A DNA stretch of 19,788 nt, taken from positions 1 to 19,788 of the forward strand of contig JBDKFG010000080.1 in assembly GCA_039798785.1 (NCBI GenBank), in the 5' to 3' direction. This stretch comes from Verrucomicrobiota bacterium. GTDB lineage: Bacteria > Verrucomicrobiota > Lentisphaeria > Lentisphaerales > Lentisphaeraceae. Shown in pieces: positions 8,401-16,982 of the stretch. Numbering within the stretch: position 1 is the stretch's first letter; each line of letters begins with the position of its first letter. Position numbers and translations under genes: made by a program. Under the pieces are notes generated by a model. The model did no database searches, was not told the origin of the DNA, and was given only the letters and a program-made list of their open reading frames with translations.

Positions 8401-8839
8401 GGTCTTCCTGAATCCTCCCTCGGCCTGCGAATGCCTGAAGTGCCACAAGGTCGGCAACTACGGCGCCAGCGAAGCCGGGCCGAATCTGAAAGGATTCCTG
8501 TCGCGCATCCCGCAAAACAAGGAAGCTCACGCCCTCCGCGCCCTCGTCGCTCCCAGCGCCGATATCGTCCCGCATTTCGGCTTCGTCAGTCTGAGCCTTG
8601 AAGACGGAAGCTCACTTGCCGGCAGCTACCTCGGCGAAGACGCCTCGAGCTTGAAGATCAAAGTCGGCAATGAGGAGAAAAGCATCGCTCTGAGCCGCAT
8701 CAAAGGTCGTCAGAACATCTCCGCCATGCCCTCCCTCAAAGACCTGCTCGACAAGGGCGCGATGAAACCCGAGGATCTCCGCGATCTCAACGCCTTCCTC
8801 CTCAAGATCGGCCAGGAGAAAGGCAAGACCGGGCACTGA
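5438..8839 (+). CDS. PVC-type heme-binding CxxCH protein (glucose/sorbosone dehydrogenase-like beta-propeller, HEAT repeats, C-terminal cytochrome c)
   Basis: Signal peptide; propeller motifs (WGPDGKIYFSIGD, GAVLRINPDGSGLE..CTGLRNP..IAF, DYGW); HEAT-like repeats (HPEIRTQALRAL, DAEIRVRQAAL); GDAERGESVF...CLKCH...GPNL...SAMP. Confidence 0.9.
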   Translation: MRPFSALLLLATLNLHADPEVAGFEVKAVTKPGTTKAVGALSVDSQGRVIVCEVNRFRNAVVDNRDFLPWVATDLTNDHVEQRLAMYEKFEKIYPRKVWTEVADSLRVLIDKNGDGFLEETGLLGDFREALDGPGIGVLDRDGDYFYTNIPHLWKIRDADYDGKPESRQSLSYGWGIAVGISGHDMHSPIWGPDGKIYFSIGDRGYKVKTQEGTELFSRNRGAVLRINPDGSGLEEVCTGLRNPQEIAFNDTFDLITVDNNADLGDKARVYTLIEGGDYGWVEGWQALTTFGDELFGPERVPPAWLSEKLYETPFPEQPWWVVPASGIVTSGPSGLVYLSTDSLGAENQGSFLVCDFVGSAASGVRRFKLEPFGAGHKIIGGEMWLKGCNSPDITLDLSGNLLVGDFGLGWSATDKGGIWQVSAKKPLIASAALFKTGFRNLDLPSLVSALASADIRVRDEAQAELVRLQAKDELLKLASGEGQKGPALFARLHALRGLGQLDAVTELRGFVKDVHPEIRTQALRALADAKSAKTSDFVPSLEDAEIRVRQAALVGMARKPDDVSYDAKLDARYDMKHFQTGLEDAALQALLKRMTSEDIQDPWLRASICHAFSRMLTSPQRKLRAYALDHFISAVAWDNQGGSRMGRGYRSFGQDQLREAFKSAASRRTLVVALRQARSPLLARFLRDLAPAVVAEAVAAISFENVEEALPALAEISGPASNSQLSELNQARALNANLRLNNLAGAKRLLDVLGAEYAPQSTRRLAGYLLRGFLKPWPMDPVEGKKLDWVKRPVAEDAKPLILGRLPAILSSAQGEALTAALKLAEIAGLQIEAATLEKIVLSSKTEEASRLQALANLGSKVSLAALQQLAREPSPLLRIAAIKSLVAEHHEQALPLLLAARQSQDLAERQNAWKGLGAMKSTEAITALREGLTDLKPDVALDIYLAAKKQPTLAVEVKALEDKLNTGPAGVWILAAQGGDAERGESVFLNPPSACECLKCHKVGNYGASEAGPNLKGFLSRIPQNKEAHALRALVAPSADIVPHFGFVSLSLEDGSSLAGSYLGEDASSLKIKVGNEEKSIALSRIKGRQNISAMPSLKDLLDKGAMKPEDLRDLNAFLLKIGQEKGKTGH

Positions 8840-8905
8840 GTCGAAAGCCGGGCCGCTTTCACGGAAGCGGGATACTTTAGCGCCGTCCAATCCGCGGAGA
8901 TTTTT

Positions 8906-11782
8906 ATGTTCAAGCGACTTTCCCGCTTCCTCGTCCTCGCTTTGTTCGTCGCCGGCCTGTCCTGCCGTTCCACTTCTTCGGGATATCTCCGGGACGACCC
9001 GCTGCGCTTGCATCACCACCGTTTTGACAACGGGCTTCAGCTGATCCTCAGCGAAAATCCCGGTTCCGGCCGTGTCTGGTGCGAAGTGGTGGTCATGACC
9101 GGCGGTCTCGACGATCCGGCTGATTGTAGCGGGCTTGCACACATGCTTGAGCACATGCTCTTCAAAGGCACCGACCGGATGGGGGCTCTCGATGCCGAAG
9201 CGGAAGAGCCTTTTCTGGAGAAGATCGGAGAGGTGATGGAGAAGAGGCGCCGCGCCAGCCCGGAAGAGGCCGAGGTCCTTCTCAGGGAGGCCGCCCGGCT
9301 TTCCGCCCAGGCCGCGCCACTGGCTGCTCCCAACGAGATTGACGAACTGCTGCAGGCCGCCGGCGCCGTCGATGTCAACGCCTACACCAGCTGGGACCGC
9401 ACCGTCTACCAGTCCGGCGTACCGAGCAGCTCCTTCGGACGCTGGGCCGAGATCGAGGCCGAGCGTTTCCGCAATCCGAAGATGCGGCTCTTCCTGCCTG
9501 AGCTGGCCGCTATCTGCGAGGAGAAGAACGCTTCGCTCGACAATCGCGACGACCTCCTTTACGAGAAGATGCTGGAGACGGCATTTCCCGGCCATCCTCT
9601 GGCCCAGCCCATTCTCGGGTACAGCGAACATCTTGAGAGGCCCTCGCAGCGGAGGCTGAATCAATTCCTGCACCGCTGGTATGTGCCGGCGAACATGGCC
9701 GTGGTCCTTTCCGGGGACATCCGTCCGGAACAAGCCGTGGAGATCATCGGGCGCACACTCGGAAGCCTGCCGGATCGTCCGGCGCCCGGGCGTCCGGAGC
9801 GTCCGGCCCGTCCACTGGAGAAGGAGAGCCGGGTGAGCTTCACCTATCCCGGCGCCGAGGCTCTTGCCGTCGCCTGGCCGACGGTGGGCAGCGGCCATCC
9901 CGACGCCGCTGCATTGGCGATCGCCGACGTCATCCTCTCCAATCAGCGTGCCGGTCTGCTTGATCTCGGTCCGGTGCTCAAGGGCGAGCTCCGCTCGGTG
10001 GTGACGCAGTCGCAATTCCTGCGCGATTGCGGTTGGCAGGAGATTCTGGCCGAACCTGCCGACGGCCAGAGTCCCGAGCAGGCACTGGCGCATCTCGACC
10101 TGCAGCTGGAGCGTCTGCGCCGCGGCGACTTCGAGGAATGGCTGGTCGAGGCGGCGGCGGCCGAGCTCAACCGTCAGCTTGAAGTCGATCTTGAGGACGA
10201 CGCTGCCCGGGTCTCGCGACTGGTCGAGTGCCTGGTCGGCGCAGGCGATCTGCGGCATCTTCAGCTTCAGCCGGAGCGCTTGAGGAAGGTCACCAGAGAT
10301 GATGTGGTGCGGGTGGCGCAGAAGTGGCTCGGCGCCGGCCGCGCCGTGATCATGCGCCGCAACGGCGAACGCCAGACCGGCAAGGTCGACTTCCCCTTGC
10401 CGGAAGCGGCTGCCTTTGACGCCTCCCGCCAGTCCGTCTTTTATCATGAGCTGATGGCGAGGCAGACGCCGGAGGCTCGGCGCGCCGCCGCCGATCCTTG
10501 CGAGTCGGTGGAGAAGTTCTCCCCGGCCCCCGGCATCACCGTCTATCGCATGGAGAACCCGGTCAACGGCGTCTTCCAGCTGCAGCTGCGCTATCCCGTC
10601 GGCAGCCGTGCCGAGCCCCTTCTGCCGCTCGCCGCGATGTGCCTGCAGCGAGCCGCCCACGACGGACTCGATCCGGTCGAGCTCGGCCTCAACTATCACC
10701 GCCTCGGCGCCAGCTGGGACATCGATGTCCGGCCCGATGAAACCTTGATCAGCGTCTGGGGGGAAGACCGTCTTTTCAAGCAGACCCTCGAGCTTTTCAG
10801 CCGTCACTTCTACGTTGCCGATCTGGAGACGGCCCTGCCCCAGGCGCAGCAGGCCTTCCGGGAGCAGCGACTGGCGGAAAGCGAGAATCCCGAATTCGTC
10901 CATGCCGCCCTGATCGCCTATTCGCGCTTCGGCAAGCAGTCGCCCTTCCTCACTCGGATTTCGCTTGACGCCGCCTTGAAGGCGCCGGCCGCCAAGATGA
11001 AGGAGGCTCTCAGCCGGATGCAGCGCAGCGAAGTGCGGGTCTTCTACACCGGGCGTCAAAGCCTCCGGACGATGCTCGACTTCTGCTCCAGCCATTTGCC
11101 CTGGGATCGGCAGCCGGCGCCTGATCTAGCCCCCTTGGAATGGCTTCCTGCGCAGGAGTCTAAGGTCTATCTCTTCGACCGCCCTGCGGTGCAGGCCTTC
11201 CTGAGCTGCGAGATCTGCGATCCGGGCGCCTCGGCGAAGCATCAAGCCGCGATCGAGGTCTACAACCAGATGGTCGACGGCGGCCTCGGTTCGATGTTCT
11301 TCCAGGAGCTGCGCGAGCGCCGTGGTCTCGCCTACGGAGTGCGGGGCGTCTGGGAGCGCAGCCAGGCTCCGGAAGTCCGCGACCGCTTCTCTTTCTCCCT
11401 TTCCTGCGATCCCGAGAAGTTCGAGCAGGCGGTCACCGAGAGCCAGAAGCTGATCCGCCAGCCGATCTTCTCGCCTGCCGGGATCGAACAGGGGCGACTT
11501 TCCGCGCGCCGTCTGCTCGCCCAGAACCGGCAGAGCTTCCGCGAGCTGCCGGAGCAGAAGTTCCGCCGCGAACGGCTCGGCGCCCAAGCCCCCGATCCTG
11601 TCCGGATCTTCGCGGCGCTGGAAAGCTGCTCACAGGCCGAGCTCGAGAGATTCCTCGACGCCTGGCGCGCGGCTCCGGCGGTATCCACCCTGATCGCCGA
11701 CGCGGCCGCCTTGCCGCCCGGATCCCTGGAGAAGCTCGGCAAGGTCGAGCGGGTTGACGTCGAGCATCTCATCACCCCTTGA
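8906..11782 (+). CDS. M16 (insulinase-family) zinc metallopeptidase, probably exported or a lipoprotein
   Basis: Inverted zinc motif HMLEH (9140-9154) in GLAHMLEHMLFKGT; NAYTSWDRTVY; downstream EE; YVPANM; C-terminal ELRERRGLAY; N-terminal hydrophobic signal ending in LSC. Confidence 0.93.
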   Translation: MFKRLSRFLVLALFVAGLSCRSTSSGYLRDDPLRLHHHRFDNGLQLILSENPGSGRVWCEVVVMTGGLDDPADCSGLAHMLEHMLFKGTDRMGALDAEAEEPFLEKIGEVMEKRRRASPEEAEVLLREAARLSAQAAPLAAPNEIDELLQAAGAVDVNAYTSWDRTVYQSGVPSSSFGRWAEIEAERFRNPKMRLFLPELAAICEEKNASLDNRDDLLYEKMLETAFPGHPLAQPILGYSEHLERPSQRRLNQFLHRWYVPANMAVVLSGDIRPEQAVEIIGRTLGSLPDRPAPGRPERPARPLEKESRVSFTYPGAEALAVAWPTVGSGHPDAAALAIADVILSNQRAGLLDLGPVLKGELRSVVTQSQFLRDCGWQEILAEPADGQSPEQALAHLDLQLERLRRGDFEEWLVEAAAAELNRQLEVDLEDDAARVSRLVECLVGAGDLRHLQLQPERLRKVTRDDVVRVAQKWLGAGRAVIMRRNGERQTGKVDFPLPEAAAFDASRQSVFYHELMARQTPEARRAAADPCESVEKFSPAPGITVYRMENPVNGVFQLQLRYPVGSRAEPLLPLAAMCLQRAAHDGLDPVELGLNYHRLGASWDIDVRPDETLISVWGEDRLFKQTLELFSRHFYVADLETALPQAQQAFREQRLAESENPEFVHAALIAYSRFGKQSPFLTRISLDAALKAPAAKMKEALSRMQRSEVRVFYTGRQSLRTMLDFCSSHLPWDRQPAPDLAPLEWLPAQESKVYLFDRPAVQAFLSCEICDPGASAKHQAAIEVYNQMVDGGLGSMFFQELRERRGLAYGVRGVWERSQAPEVRDRFSFSLSCDPEKFEQAVTESQKLIRQPIFSPAGIEQGRLSARRLLAQNRQSFRELPEQKFRRERLGAQAPDPVRIFAALESCSQAELERFLDAWRAAPAVSTLIADAAALPPGSLEKLGKVERVDVEHLITP

Positions 11783-11786
11783 GGCT

Positions 11787-13430
11787 TCACTGCGGCGGCA
11801 GGAAGCTTTCGAGGAGCTTGGCGATGCGGTCCCAGTTGTAGGGCTTGGTGGTGAAGGCGTCGCAGCCGGTTTCCGGGTTCAGGGCTCGATCGGAGAGATG
11901 GGCGTCGCCGGTCACTGCGATGATCGGCAGATCCGGCGCGATCTTCTTCAGCAGGCGGGCGGCGGTGAAGCCGTCCATGCCAGGCATGTTGAGGTCGAGG
12001 ATGACCAGGTCGAACTTCTCGCCTTCTTCGATCCTTTTCAAGGCGAGGGGAGCCTCGAGAAGAGTCTCGACCTGGAGGCCCAGGCGGGCGAAAAGCTGGC
12101 GCGAGATGGTCAGGGTGATCGAGTCGTCGTCGATCACCAGGATGCGGCCTTTGAGGCGGCGGACGGTGCTGAGCAGGATGGGCGAGTCGGTCATCGTCCT
12201 TGCCAATTCGTGGCTGCCGAACTCACCGGCCTCGATCCACTCCTGTTTGGCGGCGCCGCAGCTGAGCTTGAGGGTGAAGGTGCTGCCTTGACCGGGGGCG
12301 GAACGGATGTCGATCTCGCCGCCCATCAGTTCGGCGAGGCGGCGGCAGAGGTAGAGGCCGAGTCCGTTGCCTCCGTAGACCTTGGCGGCGGCCTCGTGGA
12401 ATTCGGCGAGCCCCTTCCTGAGGGCCTGGACCATTTCAGGCTGCATGCCGGGTCCGCTGTCCTTGACCGCGAAGCGGAGGCGGGCCTTGTCGACGCCGAG
12501 AGCTTCGGCTTCGAGGCTGAGGGTGATGCATCCCGTGCGGGTGAAGCGGATGGCGTTGTGGACGAGATTGACCAGGATCTGCTTGATGCGGAGGGCATCG
12601 CCGGTGATCAGGCGGGGAAGGCGTCCGCGGGTCTCGAGGCGGAAATCCAGGCCTTTCTCTTGGGCGCGCAGGTGCCAGATCTCGACGATGTGGGCGATGA
12701 GGTCTTCGAGGCTGAAGCTCTGCGATTCGACCTTGATCTCCCGGGCGTCCTGGTGGAAGTCGAGGAGGTCGTTGAGGAGCTGCATCATCACCTGGCAGTT
12801 GGAGTGGATGATGCGCAGCGACTCTTTGCGCTTCTCGGCGTGAGGGTCCTTGAGGAGCAGGAGCTCGGTGTAGCCCTTGATCGAGGCGAGGGGGTTGCGG
12901 ATTTCGTGGATGATGCCGGCGAGGAGAAGCTGCTGCTCCAGCTTCTCCTCCTTCTGCTTCTGGAGGCCGACGAGATCCTGGCGGATTTCGGCGCCGACCC
13001 TGGGCGCCAGGCGTTCCAGCAGGCCGACGCATTGATCCATCGCCAGCAGAGCTTCGTTGAAGAAGAGCGCCAGGACGCCGATCGGCTGGCCCTGAAGCTC
13101 GAGGCGGACCGAGAGGTAGCCTTTGCGCCCCCACATCTTCATCAGGCTGTCGCTGGCGTAGTCGTCGCGCATCGAGCTGAAGAGGCAGAGCGATCCCTGT
13201 TCGAGGGTGGCGCCGCAAGGGCTGCCCTGGATCTGGCGGACGAAAGAGGCTCCCTCGGCTCCCCTGACGCTGGCGGAGATCACCTGCAGTCGGCGTTCGG
13301 CTTCGGTGACGTCGAGTCGCATCAGCAAGGCGGCGGTGGCGCCGGTGGCCCGGCAGAGCTCCGCCGGAAGGAGCTTGAGGAATTCCTGTCCCCAGCAGCA
13401 GGACAGAGCTTGGTGGAGCGAGTCGTACAT
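11787..13430 (-). CDS. Cytoplasmic hybrid histidine kinase (GAF-like, HisKA, HATPase, receiver)
   Basis: H-box HEIRNPL, N-box QILVNLVHNAIRFT, G1 DSGPGM, G2 GNGLGL; receiver DDD / DLNMPGMDG / TG / KP; GAF-like N-terminus with GSPC. Start taken at ATG 13430; the 13484 start would overlap ugd. Confidence 0.92.
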   Translation of the reverse strand: MYDSLHQALSCCWGQEFLKLLPAELCRATGATAALLMRLDVTEAERRLQVISASVRGAEGASFVRQIQGSPCGATLEQGSLCLFSSMRDDYASDSLMKMWGRKGYLSVRLELQGQPIGVLALFFNEALLAMDQCVGLLERLAPRVGAEIRQDLVGLQKQKEEKLEQQLLLAGIIHEIRNPLASIKGYTELLLLKDPHAEKRKESLRIIHSNCQVMMQLLNDLLDFHQDAREIKVESQSFSLEDLIAHIVEIWHLRAQEKGLDFRLETRGRLPRLITGDALRIKQILVNLVHNAIRFTRTGCITLSLEAEALGVDKARLRFAVKDSGPGMQPEMVQALRKGLAEFHEAAAKVYGGNGLGLYLCRRLAELMGGEIDIRSAPGQGSTFTLKLSCGAAKQEWIEAGEFGSHELARTMTDSPILLSTVRRLKGRILVIDDDSITLTISRQLFARLGLQVETLLEAPLALKRIEEGEKFDLVILDLNMPGMDGFTAARLLKKIAPDLPIIAVTGDAHLSDRALNPETGCDAFTTKPYNWDRIAKLLESFLPPQ

Positions 13431-13458
13431 GGCCTGGTCTCGCCGGGTTGGTTTTAGC

Positions 13459-14817
13459 TCACGAGGGTCGTGAGCCGATTGCATGAACCTGGAAGCCGAT
13501 TTGGCGCAAGGCGGCGTGGTCGAGGATGTTGCGCCCGTCGAAGAGGAAGGCGGGTTGCGCCATCTGGGAGTACGCGGCGGCGAAGTCGAGGTGGCGGAAG
13601 ACGCGCCATTCGGTGAGCACCGCGACGGCGTGGGCGCCTTTCATCGCCTCCTCGGCGCTGGAGCAGAACTGCACCTGGGTGGCCAGCTCGCCGAGTTCGA
13701 TGCGGGAGTTTTCGTTAGCCTCCGGATCAAAGGCGGCGATGACGGCGCGCTCCGCCAGGAGTCCGCGGATCACCTTCAAGGCAGGCGATTCACGGACGTC
13801 CCCGGTGTCTGCCTTGAAAGCGAGTCCGAGGATGGCGATGCGCTTGCCGGTGAGGCTGCCGAACATCGCCTCGATCATCCGGGAGACGAAGCGGTCCTGC
13901 TGCCATTCGTTGATGTCGACGACGCCCTGCCAGTAGGAGGCGACCTCGGGAAGGCCGAACTTGCGGCAGATGTAGACGAGGTTGAGGATGTCCTTCTTGA
14001 AGCAGGAGCCGCCGAAGCCGACCGAGGAGTTGAGGAAGCGGCTGCCGATGCGGGCGTCCATGCCGATGGCTCGGGAGATCTCGCGCACGTCGGCGCCGGT
14101 GCGTTCGCACAGGGCCGAGATCGAGTTGATCGAGCTGACCCGCTGCGCCAGGAAGGCGTTGGCGACCAGCTTGGAGAGCTCGGAGGACCAGGTCGAGGTG
14201 ACCAGGATGCGCTCGCGCGGCACCCAGTGGGCATAGACGTCGACCAGTGCCTGCACCGCGGCGCGTCCGGCAGGACTGTCGCCGCCGCCGACGAGGACGC
14301 GGTCAGGATTGTCGAGATCCTTCATGGCCGTGCCTTCGGCGAGGAATTCGGGGTTGGAGAGGACTTCGTGCTGGAACTTCGAGTCGCCGCTGTGAAGGAT
14401 GGCGTCGACCACCTCGGCGGTCTTCACCGGCACGGTGCTCTTCTCGACGACGATGAGGTTGCGGCTGGCGCATTCCTTGATCATCCGGGCGGTCTTCTCG
14501 AGGAAGCTGACGTCGGAGGCGCATCCGGCGCCTTCGCCGAAGGTCTTGGTCGGGGTGTTGACGCAGATGAAGACCATGTCGGCCTTGCCCACTTCACCGC
14601 GGACGTCTGTGCTGAAGAAGAGATTGCGTCCGAGTGCCTTGGCGACGACTTCGTCGAGGCCGGGTTCGTAGATCGGCGGAGTGCCGGCCGCCCAGGCGGC
14701 GATGCGCTTCTCGTTGATGTCGACGACGGTGACGCGGATGCCGGGGCATTTCTCGGCGATCTTGGCCATGGTGGGGCCGCCGACGTAACCGGCGCCGATG
14801 CAGACGATGTTCTTCAT
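13459..14817 (-). CDS. ugd: UDP-glucose 6-dehydrogenase
   Basis: Rossmann GAGYVGG, CVNTPT, EKSTVP, SNPEFLAEG, catalytic GFGGSCFKKD, AFKADTGDVRESP and FDGRN. Confidence 0.96.
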   Translation of the reverse strand: MKNIVCIGAGYVGGPTMAKIAEKCPGIRVTVVDINEKRIAAWAAGTPPIYEPGLDEVVAKALGRNLFFSTDVRGEVGKADMVFICVNTPTKTFGEGAGCASDVSFLEKTARMIKECASRNLIVVEKSTVPVKTAEVVDAILHSGDSKFQHEVLSNPEFLAEGTAMKDLDNPDRVLVGGGDSPAGRAAVQALVDVYAHWVPRERILVTSTWSSELSKLVANAFLAQRVSSINSISALCERTGADVREISRAIGMDARIGSRFLNSSVGFGGSCFKKDILNLVYICRKFGLPEVASYWQGVVDINEWQQDRFVSRMIEAMFGSLTGKRIAILGLAFKADTGDVRESPALKVIRGLLAERAVIAAFDPEANENSRIELGELATQVQFCSSAEEAMKGAHAVAVLTEWRVFRHLDFAAAYSQMAQPAFLFDGRNILDHAALRQIGFQVHAIGSRPS

Positions 14818-14907
14818 GCTGGAGCTTTCATTCCGTGGTTGAGGATGAGGGAAGTCAAAGACTAGCACGGACGACGTTTTTTTCTCTCCTGGCGATTTGC
14901 TGGCGGA

Positions 14908-16299
14908 TCAAAGCAGGCCGAGATCCTCCAGTTTTTTGTAGAGGGTGGAGCGGTGAAGTCCGAGGATCTTGGCGGCATCGCCCTTGTTGCCGCCGGCCTT
15001 GCGCATGGCGCTGCGGATGAGCCGTTCCTCCATCTGGGCGAGGGTGGCGATCTCCTCCTCTTGAGCTGCTTCCGGCGCCGGGGCGGCCGACGATGAAGGG
15101 AGAAGCAGGTAGTCTTCCGGGATCAGCTCCGAGCGGGTGAGGATGCAGCCGCGCTCGACAACGTTGGCGAGTTCGCGGACGTTGCCCGGCCATTCGTAGT
15201 CCATCAGCCTCGCCATTGCATCAGGGGTGAAGCCGGTGACCTTGCGGCGGAACTTGCGCGAGAAGATGTCGAGGAAGTGCTGGATCAGCAGCGGGATGTC
15301 TTCGCGACGCTGGCGCAGGGGCTCGATGTGCAGCGGGATGACGTTGAGGCGATGGTAGAGGTCGAGACGGAACTTGCCCTCCTTGACCAGGGCGAGGAGG
15401 TCGGCGTTGGTGGCGGCGACGATGGAGACGTCGATCTTGATGTTCTGGACGTCGCCGACGCGGCGGATGCTGCGGTCCTCGATCGCCTTGAGCAGCTTGG
15501 TCTGGAGCTTGACGTCCATGTCGCCGATCTCGTCGAGGAAGACGATGCCGCCGTTGGCCATCTCGAAGAGGCCGACCTTGTCCTCCTTGGCGTCGGTGAA
15601 GGAGCCTTTCTTATGGCCGAAGAGCTCAGACTCGATCAGGGTGGCGGGCAGGGCCGAGCAGTTGATCTCGACCAGGGGGCGGGCGGCGCGGTTCGACAGC
15701 TTGTGCATGGTGCGGGCGAGCATGCCCTTGCCGGCGCCGGACTCGCCGGTGATCAGTGCTGAGGAGAAATCGCTCTGGGCGACCAGGGCTGCGATCTCGA
15801 CGGTGCGGCGCATCGCGCCGCTGGAGAAGACCAGGTCGACGGCGCGATTGACCGGGACGCCGGCGCTTGCGCCCGCTCCGTTCTCGGGAGGGGCGGCGAC
15901 CGCCGTCGGCGCCGCTGCGGCGTTGGTGTTGACGCTGTCGGCGGGGCGTGCCGAGGCGAGGGAGGCGAGAAGTCGCTCCTTGTCCACCGGCTTGACCAGG
16001 AAGTCGACGGCACCGTGCTTCAGGCATTCAACTGCGGTGGAGACTTCGCCGTGAGCGGTGACGACGATCACCGCCAGGCCGGCGAACTTCTCCCAGGCCT
16101 TGAGAAGCTTCTCCCCGGGGATGTCGGGCAGCATCATGTCGAGCAGGACGAGGGGGAACTTGCCGGTCTTGACCATCTTGTCGGCAAGACGACCGTTCTC
16201 CGCCACTTCGGCTTCGTAGCCGGCCTCGGTGATCATGTCGCGGATGGCGTGGCTGACGAGGGAGTTGTCTTCTACGATGAGGACGCGGGGCTTAGGCAT
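14908..16299 (-). CDS. Sigma54-dependent response regulator (NtrC family: receiver, AAA+, Fis HTH)
   Basis: Receiver VED / LLDMMLP / TAHG / KP; Walker A GESGAGK; ESELFGH.KGSFTDA (GAFTGA variant); Walker B FLDEI; FRLDLYHRL; WPGNVREL; HTH AAKILGLHRSTLYKKL. Start overlaps the upstream stop (TGATG). Confidence 0.95.
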   Translation of the reverse strand: MPKPRVLIVEDNSLVSHAIRDMITEAGYEAEVAENGRLADKMVKTGKFPLVLLDMMLPDIPGEKLLKAWEKFAGLAVIVVTAHGEVSTAVECLKHGAVDFLVKPVDKERLLASLASARPADSVNTNAAAAPTAVAAPPENGAGASAGVPVNRAVDLVFSSGAMRRTVEIAALVAQSDFSSALITGESGAGKGMLARTMHKLSNRAARPLVEINCSALPATLIESELFGHKKGSFTDAKEDKVGLFEMANGGIVFLDEIGDMDVKLQTKLLKAIEDRSIRRVGDVQNIKIDVSIVAATNADLLALVKEGKFRLDLYHRLNVIPLHIEPLRQRREDIPLLIQHFLDIFSRKFRRKVTGFTPDAMARLMDYEWPGNVRELANVVERGCILTRSELIPEDYLLLPSSSAAPAPEAAQEEEIATLAQMEERLIRSAMRKAGGNKGDAAKILGLHRSTLYKKLEDLGLL

Positions 16300-16982
16300 C
16301 AGGGGGTCTCCGTGGGGAAGGTGAGCTCGGCCCGAACCGTGTGGTCCGGGCTCTGGCGGATCGAAAGGCTGCCGCCGAGAGTATCGACGCATCGGCGGAC
16401 AATGACAAGTCCCAGGCCGTCGTGCCGTCCTCTCGTGGTGCGGAAGGGACGCGGCGGCGCGAGAGGGATGTCGGGGGGGAGGGGGCTGTCGGAGGAGTTT
16501 CCGACGCTGAAGCGCAGCTGTCCGGGGAGGATCTCCCAGGCGAAGCTGACGCGGCCTTCGAGGGAGCAGGCCTCGCCGGCGTTGGCGAGCAGTTCCTTCA
16601 AGCCAGTGAGGATGAGGGGGCCGTCGACGAGGCGGAGCTCTGCTTCTTCACCCTGCATGACGAAGTCGCAGTAGGGGAAGTTCTCGACGAAGTAGCGGCG
16701 GCAGCGCGACACGGTTTCCAGGAGGGTCGAGGATTCGGGGTCGGCGAGGATGCCGAAGGCGAGGTCGAGGCGGCGGGTGAAGAGCTCGAGATTCTCCAGT
16801 TCCGACTGCATCAGGACGCAGCGGTCGGCGAGGGGCGATCCGGCGGCGCTCAGGGCGTCCTGTATGCGCCCGAGGGTCATCTTCATCCCGGCGCTGTGAT
16901 TGCGCAGGCGGTGGCGCAGGACGCGGTTCATCGCCGCGGCGTCGCTGACATCGAGCGGATCTGGGTCGCGGCGTGAGCTCAT
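16299..16982 (-). CDS. Sensor-less atypical histidine kinase / phosphotransferase-like protein (DHp + HATPase only, 227 aa)
   Basis: H-box-like LRHRLRN, N-box LKELLANA, PFRTT, G2 GLGLVIVRR..LGG.L; G1 box degenerate (VGNSSDS). ATG 16982 overlaps the upstream stop (ATGA). Confidence 0.8.
   Translation of the reverse strand: MSSRRDPDPLDVSDAAAMNRVLRHRLRNHSAGMKMTLGRIQDALSAAGSPLADRCVLMQSELENLELFTRRLDLAFGILADPESSTLLETVSRCRRYFVENFPYCDFVMQGEEAELRLVDGPLILTGLKELLANAGEACSLEGRVSFAWEILPGQLRFSVGNSSDSPLPPDIPLAPPRPFRTTRGRHDGLGLVIVRRCVDTLGGSLSIRQSPDHTVRAELTFPTETP

Noticed and set aside
8612..11095. 827-aa minus-strand ORF
   Set aside because: Antisense shadow of the M16 peptidase; no recognisable domain.
11754..14865. 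567-aa and 460-aa plus-strand ORFs
   Set aside because: Antisense shadows of the hybrid kinase and ugd.
14859..14867. Extended -10-like TGCTAGTCT upstream of ugd (minus strand)
   Set aside because: Short, with no supporting -35; cannot be distinguished from chance without TSS data.
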